From NCBI GenBank assembly GCA_030625965.1, contig DAOUPV010000004.1:18948-82947 (forward strand): a DNA stretch of 64,000 bases, given 5' to 3'. The translations under genes and the position numbers were made by a program. The notes beneath the pieces were generated by a model that saw only the letters and a list, made by a program, of their open reading frames with translations, had not been told where the DNA came from and did not search any database. Positions 55,840 to 64,000 of the stretch are shown here, one piece after another (position 1 is the first letter of the stretch; each line of letters begins with the position of its first letter). The DNA comes from Clostridia bacterium (GTDB lineage Bacteria; Bacillota; TC1; UBA5767).

Positions 55840-55868
55840 AAAAAAGAATCTTCGGATTCTTTTTTTTA
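55840..55868 (+). terminator. Rho-independent terminator
   Basis: An A8 run, then aagaatc-ttcg-gattctt, then T7. Confidence 0.8.
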
Positions 55869-55967
55869 TGCAATTTTTGTCAATAGCGTCAAATGGCTCA
55901 TAAGCATCGTTAACGAATTATACATTTAGGGGATTAGGGAGTTACTAAAATTTCAGGAGGAAAGATT

Positions 55968-57008
55968 ATGAGAAAGTTCCAAACTGCTATTGCTTTAGTA
56001 CTGTGCCTATTAATGACCATCTTACCGGTAGCCTGTTCCAATTCGGAACCTGCGGCGGTAGAAGGTGAAAGCGAACCTGCAGAGGTGGAAGAGACGACAC
56101 CAGAGGTGCCCTCGGTTGCACTGCTTTTGAACGGACCCATCAGTGACATGGGGTGGAACGCTTCTGCTTTCAATGCTCTAGGGATGATTGAGGAGCAATA
56201 TGGAGCGCAGATCTCCTTTGCGGAGAGTGTGTCCCAATCGGATATGGAAGAAATCTACCGTAATTACGCAACTACCGGTTTTGACATCATATACGGACAT
56301 GGATCACAGTTCACTGATGCTTGTCTGACTGTGGCTAAGGATTTCCCGGAAACCCAGTTCATCATCATAAATGGATCAGCTGCAGTGGAGCCCAACGTGG
56401 CCTGCATGCAGATTGCAGATGATCACCAGGGATTTCTGATGGGGGCTATTGCCGGCATGATGACAGAAACCGGAACAGTTGGTGTCATGGGTGGTTTAGA
56501 GATTCCCCCGATTACCAATGCAGTGAAAGGGTTCCTGGCCGGTGCTAAGTATGTAAATCCGGATGTAGAGATTCTCTCCGCTATGACAGGAAGCTTCGAT
56601 GATGCGGCCAAAGCCAAAGAAACGACGCTAGCCTTTATTGATGCTGGAGCGGACTATGTAGGTGCCATTGCCGGAGCGGCTGGAATGGGCTCCATTGAGG
56701 CTTGTCAGGACCAAGGTGTATACGCCATCGGCGGAGCCGGTGGAGACCAGAACAGTGCAGCACCAGAGACCGTGTTGGTCAGCGTGATTAAGGATGTGCC
56801 AGTACCCTTCTTGTACGCCTATGAGAAGTACTTGGATGGCAGCTTGGAACAGAAGAATTACAGGGTTGGTGTAGGAGAGCGGGCTGTATATTATTCCTCG
56901 TTCCACGGTTTTGAAGACACTGTACCGCAGGATGTAAAGGATGAGCTGGCGAAGGTCATCGAGGCACTCAGCAACGATGAAATCGACTATGGTGACGTCA
57001 GCTACTAG
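55968..57008 (+). CDS. BMP family (PnrA-like, nucleoside-binding) ABC transporter substrate-binding lipoprotein
   Basis: Lipobox ILPVACS followed by an acidic linker. The Bmp-type fold has GWNASAFNAL, IYGHGSQF and GGLEIPPI. No permease or ATPase genes are adjacent. Confidence 0.8.
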   Translation: MRKFQTAIALVLCLLMTILPVACSNSEPAAVEGESEPAEVEETTPEVPSVALLLNGPISDMGWNASAFNALGMIEEQYGAQISFAESVSQSDMEEIYRNYATTGFDIIYGHGSQFTDACLTVAKDFPETQFIIINGSAAVEPNVACMQIADDHQGFLMGAIAGMMTETGTVGVMGGLEIPPITNAVKGFLAGAKYVNPDVEILSAMTGSFDDAAKAKETTLAFIDAGADYVGAIAGAAGMGSIEACQDQGVYAIGGAGGDQNSAAPETVLVSVIKDVPVPFLYAYEKYLDGSLEQKNYRVGVGERAVYYSSFHGFEDTVPQDVKDELAKVIEALSNDEIDYGDVSY

Positions 57009-57063
57009 AAGTTCATAGCAACGAATTCAAATTTGGCCTTGCTAGCCAAACATAAATACCTCT

Positions 57064-57095
57064 AAGAAGAACCCATTCGTGGGTTCTTCTTTTTG
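57064..57095 (+). terminator. Rho-independent terminator
   Basis: aagaagaaccca-ttcg-tgggttcttctt followed by ttt. Confidence 0.85.
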
Positions 57096-57373
57096 TATCG
57101 TAGGGAGATAGGATACTGAGCCAATAGGTTCTATCGAGATGACATGATAATATTAGAGGGTTAAATGATAAGTGTTATATATGTATGATTAATGTTTAGT
57201 GTATAATTAAATACATATTTGAGCGCAGAGAAACATGCTTACATGTAGGCTTCTTGGATATTGGGCCAGCCTTAAACTGAAAATCAGAAACACATACTTT
57301 TTAGCTGAAAGTTAGAATCAGAATCGAATGTCATCATCTGCTACGATCTAAAGCGAAAAGCAATGGAGGTACT

Positions 57374-58513
57374 ATGAAATTTCTTCACCTTGGGGATCTA
57401 CACATCGGAAAACGTGTAAATGAATTCCCTATGATCGAAGACCAACGATATATTTTCAAACAGATTCTTGAGATCGCCGAGAAAGAACAAGTGGATGGAG
57501 TGATACTGGCGGGAGATATCTATGACAAGGCACTCCCTTCGGGAGAATCGGTGGAGCTGTTCGATCATCTACTGACTCGTCTGTCAGAGATGGATCTTCA
57601 GGTTTACGGTATAAGTGGAAATCATGACAGCGCGGAGAGAATCGGTTATGGGTCCAGAATCATGGCCCACAGAGGCGTATATCTTTCCAAACCATACGAC
57701 GGAGAATTAGAAAGCATAGATCTGGTCGATGATTATGGACCGCTGCGCATTTATCTGTTGCCATTCATTAAGCCGGCCAATGTCAGGCGATTCGATGAAG
57801 ATATTGAAATCGGGAGTTATGAGGATGCCGTAAGATCTGTCTTTCGTAGAAGCGCTATCGGGACTGACAGTAGGAATATCCTGGTTGCCCATCAATTCGT
57901 TACCAACAATGGAGTCGAGCCGGAACGCAGCGATTCTGAAGTGGTGTCCGTCGGGGGGCTAGATAACATAGACGCATCTGTTTTTAAAGATTTTGATTAT
58001 GTGGCCTTAGGACATATCCACAGACCACAGCGTGTAGCCAAAGAGACAATCCGCTACTCAGGTTCTCCACTTAAATATTCGTTCTCTGAAGTCAACCACA
58101 GGAAATCTGTGACCATCGTGGATGTACGCACCAAAGGGGATGTGCAGTTGAAACAGATCGAATTGATACCCCTGAAGGATATGAAGAAAATCAAGGGGTC
58201 TATTACGGAGTTGCTGAATCCGGACTTTTATACGAACCTAAATACGAATGACTATTACCATGTCACGCTGACTGATGAGGCGGTAATGGACGCCATTGGC
58301 AAGCTGCGCATGGTCTTTCCAAATATTATGCGGTTGGAATTTGAAGGCAGTGAAGCCGAACGAGCAGCGGAACTGAGGGTGCTGGAAAAAATGGAGCTCT
58401 CCAGTACTATGGAGATTTTTGAGGAATTCTATGATATGCAGAACGGGAGACAAATGGACGAGTCCAGAAAAGCCATCATCAGAGAGCTTTTGAGTGAGGA
58501 GAGACAAGCATGA
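57374..58513 (+). CDS. sbcD: exonuclease SbcCD nuclease subunit D (Mre11 family)
   Basis: The calcineurin-like phosphoesterase motifs GDLHIG, AGDIYD, GNHD and GHIH are present. 379 aa. Confidence 0.9.
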   Translation: MKFLHLGDLHIGKRVNEFPMIEDQRYIFKQILEIAEKEQVDGVILAGDIYDKALPSGESVELFDHLLTRLSEMDLQVYGISGNHDSAERIGYGSRIMAHRGVYLSKPYDGELESIDLVDDYGPLRIYLLPFIKPANVRRFDEDIEIGSYEDAVRSVFRRSAIGTDSRNILVAHQFVTNNGVEPERSDSEVVSVGGLDNIDASVFKDFDYVALGHIHRPQRVAKETIRYSGSPLKYSFSEVNHRKSVTIVDVRTKGDVQLKQIELIPLKDMKKIKGSITELLNPDFYTNLNTNDYYHVTLTDEAVMDAIGKLRMVFPNIMRLEFEGSEAERAAELRVLEKMELSSTMEIFEEFYDMQNGRQMDESRKAIIRELLSEERQA

Positions 58514-61278
58514 AACCAATCCATCTGACGATGAGCGCATTCGGTCCATATGCCGGTAAAATTGAGGTTCCCTTGTCTGAGTTGGGGGAAAGTGGACTCT
58601 ATCTGATTACCGGTGATACAGGTTCGGGGAAAACAACCATTTTTGATGCTATAGCCTTTGCCTTGTATGGTGAAGCCAGTGGCGATTCGAGAGAAAGTGA
58701 CATGTTTCGAAGCGACTTTGCCAAACCACAGGATAAGACCTATGTTGAGCTTCGTTTCTTATTCCGCGGAGAGGAATATGAGGTTATTCGAAATCCGCGT
58801 TACACCAGACCCAAAAAGACCGGAGAAGGAGTAACCACTGAGAATCCTGATGCCATACTTAATATGCCAGATGGTAGGGTGATTACCGGTAGCAGCAAAG
58901 TAACCAATGAGATTTGTGTACTGACAGGATTGGATCGCAAGCAGTTCAGCCAGATTGTTATGATCGCACAAGGGGATTTTCTGAAACTGTTGCATGCGAA
59001 TACCAAGGACAAAGGGGAAATATTCCGAAAAATCTTCAATACGGATAGCTTCAAGCAATTTCAGGACAGCCTGAAACGAGAAGCTATTTTATGGAACGGT
59101 AAATATCAGGAGCAAAAGAACCGCATCTTGCAATCCATGAATCAGATTTCGATTGCGGAAGATGCACCGGAAGCTGAGCACCTAAGGTCAATTTTGGCGG
59201 AAGGAAACGTGCATTACCTGGCTGATACGATGGAAATTCTAACAACGTTCAGTGGTAGGGACGAAGTATTACTACAGACAATCATTGAGTATATACAAGG
59301 AATGGATGCTAAAATCGAACAGTTGGACCAGAGCATAGGACGGTTGAGCGAAGAAGATAAGATTAGACAGGATATCAAGGATACAGGTGCGGTGTTAACA
59401 GCGCTAAAAGATAATTTAGCAACAGTCCAGAAGGCCTACGAGCAGGCCAAAGCGAAAGGGCCCGAACTGGAAGGATTGAAAGAGGAGATCACCACACTCA
59501 GGAACGCCTTACCGGAATATAACCGTTTGGCGGAAAAGCAGATGGAGCAGAAACAGATTGAAATCTCACTGGAGAAGGTGAAATCAGATAACGAAACTCT
59601 AGCAGGACATATAGAAGAGCTACAGAAGAGACGCGCCGAAGCAATAAGCGAAATTGAGGTCATTGGAGAAGTTGGAGAAGAACTGGAGCGCTGCTACGCC
59701 AAGAAAAAGGAACTGGCGGTCAGTTTGGAAAAATTTGGTGAAATTGCAAATTTGCATAGCAGATTCCTTGAAGTTAGCAAGAGACTCTCTATGGAACAAG
59801 CAGAATATCGCCAGTCAGCCGATGTTGAAAAGGAACTGACTGACAGGTACCAGCAGGCACATCGTACCTATCTTAAGAACATGGCGGGCATCCTGGCGGA
59901 GGATATTCGTGAAGGAGAACCTTGTCCAGTTTGTGGATCCACTGAACACCCAGTTATAGCACAAAAAGCGCAAGAGACCTTGAATAAAGAGGAAATCGAT
60001 GCCTTGCAGGATAAGGCAGCCCAGGCGGTCGAAGCACTAAGACGTACCAGCGAACTAGCTGTCGCCAGCAACAAGGAAAAGAACCTGCTATGGGAGCAGT
60101 TAGAGCGGCAGGCAGCTCAGATGCTGGATACCGTAGAGATTACGCTTATAGGCGAGCGGTTGAATGCGGCTCAAAAAGATGTGAGACAGTTCTTAGATGA
60201 TCTACATAGTAACATCATGGAACTGGAGGAAATGCAGCTGAAAAAGCAGGGCTTGCGTAAGGAATTGGAACGTTGCATCCTGAAACAAGAAAAGCTGGAC
60301 ATGGACTCGGAAAAATTTAAGCTCGAGCTTGATGTGCTGGCCATAGAAAACAGCCAGCTTATCGGTCATATAGCTTCAATAAAGGGTTCGCTTCGCTACG
60401 ATAGCATAGAGGCCGTACAGCTAAAGCTTGAGGAAAAAGAAGAGGAACGCGACCTTTTGATGCAGGAACTGGAGCATACAGAAGAATCACTGAGAAAGAA
60501 TGAGCGTCAGATAAAGGTAGAATCATCTCGTCTGCAGACCTTGGAGGAACAGATCACAGAGGAAAACCCAGTTGTCCTTGAAAACCTGAAAGAGGAAAGA
60601 TTGGGTAAGGACAGGGAGCGGCAGAACCTTCTTGTAAGAAAATCGGATGTTCAGGAACGAATGAACAGAAATCGGAGTATTTCGGAGCAACTACGGGTTC
60701 AGGAGGAAAGCCTCAAGGAAACCGAAGAGAAAGCATTGATGTACTCCAATCTATCGGATACGGCAAACGGTAATTTGAGCGAGAGAAGAAAGATTGCTTT
60801 TGAACAGTATATCCAGTCGGTCTACCTGGATCGTATTTTGGTCCTAGCGAATCAAAGACTGAAGGCTATGACATCCGGAAGATACGTCCTGTTGCGAAAA
60901 GAGGAAGCGGAGAATTTGAGAAGCCAGTCTGGTTTGGATCTGGATGTGCTGGACCGCCATACGAACAAAGTGCGTAGCGTCAAGACGTTGTCTGGTGGAG
61001 AATCGTTCAAGGCCTCGTTAGCGCTAGCGTTGGGAATGTCCGACGTTATTCAGCAGTATGCCGGTGGGGTGCAGGTCGAAGCTATGTTTGTGGATGAAGG
61101 ATTTGGATCGCTGGATCAGGAATCCTTATCTCAAGCCATTGACATCCTCATTCAACTGTCAGATAGCGATCGAATCGTGGGCATCATTTCCCATGTATCC
61201 GAATTGAGGGAGAGAATCGATAAGAAAATCATCATTCAAAAGGGTTTACAGGGGAGCTCAGTCCGACTAGAGCAATAA
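58510..61278 (+). CDS. sbcC: exonuclease SbcCD ATPase subunit C (Rad50/SMC-like)
   Basis: Walker A GDTGSGKTT, a long coiled coil with the zinc hook CPVCGSTEHP, signature LSGGESF and Walker B MFVDEGFGSLD are present. ATGA overlap with sbcD. Confidence 0.9.
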   Translation: MKPIHLTMSAFGPYAGKIEVPLSELGESGLYLITGDTGSGKTTIFDAIAFALYGEASGDSRESDMFRSDFAKPQDKTYVELRFLFRGEEYEVIRNPRYTRPKKTGEGVTTENPDAILNMPDGRVITGSSKVTNEICVLTGLDRKQFSQIVMIAQGDFLKLLHANTKDKGEIFRKIFNTDSFKQFQDSLKREAILWNGKYQEQKNRILQSMNQISIAEDAPEAEHLRSILAEGNVHYLADTMEILTTFSGRDEVLLQTIIEYIQGMDAKIEQLDQSIGRLSEEDKIRQDIKDTGAVLTALKDNLATVQKAYEQAKAKGPELEGLKEEITTLRNALPEYNRLAEKQMEQKQIEISLEKVKSDNETLAGHIEELQKRRAEAISEIEVIGEVGEELERCYAKKKELAVSLEKFGEIANLHSRFLEVSKRLSMEQAEYRQSADVEKELTDRYQQAHRTYLKNMAGILAEDIREGEPCPVCGSTEHPVIAQKAQETLNKEEIDALQDKAAQAVEALRRTSELAVASNKEKNLLWEQLERQAAQMLDTVEITLIGERLNAAQKDVRQFLDDLHSNIMELEEMQLKKQGLRKELERCILKQEKLDMDSEKFKLELDVLAIENSQLIGHIASIKGSLRYDSIEAVQLKLEEKEEERDLLMQELEHTEESLRKNERQIKVESSRLQTLEEQITEENPVVLENLKEERLGKDRERQNLLVRKSDVQERMNRNRSISEQLRVQEESLKETEEKALMYSNLSDTANGNLSERRKIAFEQYIQSVYLDRILVLANQRLKAMTSGRYVLLRKEEAENLRSQSGLDLDVLDRHTNKVRSVKTLSGGESFKASLALALGMSDVIQQYAGGVQVEAMFVDEGFGSLDQESLSQAIDILIQLSDSDRIVGIISHVSELRERIDKKIIIQKGLQGSSVRLEQ

Positions 61279-61427
61279 AAGTGAAGAGTTGTAAGACGTT
61301 AAACATAGCAGGATTTGAGCGCATAAGCGCTAATTTAAGGATGTTTTTCCCTTCTAGTTGAAGTACAATGTTTACATGCTCAGAGAACACATTCTGGTCA
61401 ACTGTCATTGGAAAGAGGAACTCATAT

Positions 61428-62627
61428 ATGCCAGCTAAAATTGAACAAATTGTATTGAACGCTCTGCTGGATAGATTTGAGCGAAGAAAAGAAGGATCGA
61501 CCAGGCGAGTCATGCTTAGGCCGGACCAGTATGTGGAGTACGGGTTGGACTATCTGGTGAACAAAGAATCGTTTCATGAAGCAGTCTACAGTTTAGCGAC
61601 TGAAGGATATATAGAACTAGAATGGAAACACGATCAGGAAAGAAAGAACCTTAGTTGTGTAGTATTAAGTAAGGATTACGTGTCAGAGAGCTATAAATAT
61701 TTAGGACGTCTGCCTAAAGGTACACAAAACGAGGAATACCTGAAGGAACTGAAGAACATATTGAATATCTATCATTCCGAATGGATCAGGGATTTCATCC
61801 AGGAGTGCATCACCATACTGGAGGTAGAAGGAAAACTGAGCGGATCCCTGTCGGGAGACAAGAAGATTCGTGAGGATTTCTACAAGCTTTTGAAGGCGGT
61901 GGAGGATGGTGTGGAGACCAGCAGCCGCTACCTTAGTACTAGACTGTATGGGGACAGCAAGACTTTGGAGAGGTATCACCTGTCCAAGCTGGTGACCGTA
62001 GCCAAGAAGTATCTGGATCTGGATTTGGACAAGAAGAAGGTACTGGATTTTCTAGGCATCCAGAATCATCCCACGGAGATTCTGATCAAAGGTGACTTGA
62101 GCTATAGGCTGGGTGAAGGTAATGTGATTGAAACTTCAATGCACACCTTCGGGACCTCCATAAACGCCCATGCTATACAAGTGATGGAACCAATATCCCT
62201 GTCATGCAGTCGAATTCTCACCATTGAGACCAAGGCGACCTACTATGAATACATTAAGAATGCGGAAGAAGGGGAGCTTGTCATCTATCTTGGTGGCTAC
62301 TATGGCAAGGCAACAAGGGACTTTCTGAAAAAGCTGAGTCCGATCATTACACCAGAAACACCATTCTATCACTGGGGTGATGTGGACCTAGGTGGATTGC
62401 GATTCTTCATCAATCTCTGTGAGATACTGAATCGTCAGGTGCTTCCCATGCGGATGGACCGCGACACTTACTTGCAGTACTACAGCCAGGAGCTGGGGTT
62501 GACGGAAGATCAGTTGAAGAAAGTGGAACAGCTGAAGTCTAGTCCATGGTCCGGTGTCATTGAAGAGTCTATCGATGTGCTTCTGGAAACCAAGTATCGC
62601 TTGGAACAGGAACGAATTCCATTGTAA
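61428..62627 (+). CDS. JetD-like protein (DUF2220-type Toprim / Topo VI-A-like C-terminal domain)
   Basis: The C-terminal third carries ILTIETKATYYEY (Toprim Glu), LVIYLGGYYG, YHWGDVDLGGLRFF (DxD) and PMRMDRDTY. I recognise these as the Wadjet JetD/MksG C-terminal domain pattern. ATG 61428 sits behind AAGAGGA. Confidence 0.65.
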   Translation: MPAKIEQIVLNALLDRFERRKEGSTRRVMLRPDQYVEYGLDYLVNKESFHEAVYSLATEGYIELEWKHDQERKNLSCVVLSKDYVSESYKYLGRLPKGTQNEEYLKELKNILNIYHSEWIRDFIQECITILEVEGKLSGSLSGDKKIREDFYKLLKAVEDGVETSSRYLSTRLYGDSKTLERYHLSKLVTVAKKYLDLDLDKKKVLDFLGIQNHPTEILIKGDLSYRLGEGNVIETSMHTFGTSINAHAIQVMEPISLSCSRILTIETKATYYEYIKNAEEGELVIYLGGYYGKATRDFLKKLSPIITPETPFYHWGDVDLGGLRFFINLCEILNRQVLPMRMDRDTYLQYYSQELGLTEDQLKKVEQLKSSPWSGVIEESIDVLLETKYRLEQERIPL

Positions 62628-62647
62628 AAGAATAGCGAAATGAAGTT

Positions 62648-62688
62648 AACAATGGACCGAGAAGTATCATACTTATCGGTCCATTGTT
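62648..62688 (+). terminator. strong hairpin after the JetD-like gene
   Basis: A 13-bp perfect stem aacaatggaccga/tcggtccattgtt with a 15-nt loop. There is no clean T-run. Confidence 0.5.
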
Positions 62689-62768
62689 CTATGCGCGTTG
62701 ACTGAATTTCTTCAGCGTAATATATGTGTTAAGATTTAAGTAATAATATTCATAAGTCAAGCAGATGA

Positions 62769-64000
<1,232 letters not shown>

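Noticed and set aside
61279-61427. Small agcgc-ataa-gcgct hairpin between sbcC and the JetD-like gene, considered as a terminator
   Set aside because: The stem is only 5 bp and has no T-run, so it is not convincing as an intrinsic terminator. Co-transcription is therefore not excluded, but it is also not proven.

Overview
Chromosomal segment that reads like an anaerobic, fermentative Firmicute (Clostridia-like). Supporting features are buk plus a four-subunit 2-oxoacid:ferredoxin oxidoreductase, sigI/rsgI, a dedicated ECF transporter and a glgBCAP glycogen operon. About 55 genes are present, most on the + strand, separated by clear Rho-independent hairpins. I saw no rRNA, tRNA, CRISPR array, transposase, integrase or prophage signature. 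All family calls come from reading motifs in the supplied translations. No database search was run. Six loci stand out. (1) 8589-15859: a GntR-linked operon in which an E3-less lipoyl 2-oxoacid/acetoin-type dehydrogenase (E1alpha, E1beta, E2) and an SDR are bracketed by two divergent homologues of methenyl-tetrahydromethanopterin cyclohydrolase (Mch). That fold normally belongs to methanogen/methylotroph C1 metabolism, and no other such gene is nearby. (2) 57374-62627: sbcD-sbcC followed on the same strand by an orphan JetD-like (DUF2220, Toprim/Topo VI-A-like) protein. This pairs a Rad50/Mre11 machine with the Wadjet effector-nuclease fold but has no jetABC. (3) 22647-28268: an ECF importer fused into one unit with DUF62-GNAT-DUF62 (two SAM hydroxide adenosyltransferase/halogenase-fold paralogues). 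(4) 33822-35721: a Rieske non-haem-iron oxygenase translationally coupled to a Cys/His-rich PAS-GGDEF cyclase. (5) 49412-52825: a 1137-aa GH13-GH77 fusion at the end of the glycogen operon. (6) 53025-54053: a decayed ECF sigma/anti-sigma remnant in one frame, broken by TAG and TGA. The window also carries three c-di-GMP signalling proteins, an inhibitory-type serpin lipoprotein and a CDGSH/Fe-S/glutamate-synthase-domain fusion.
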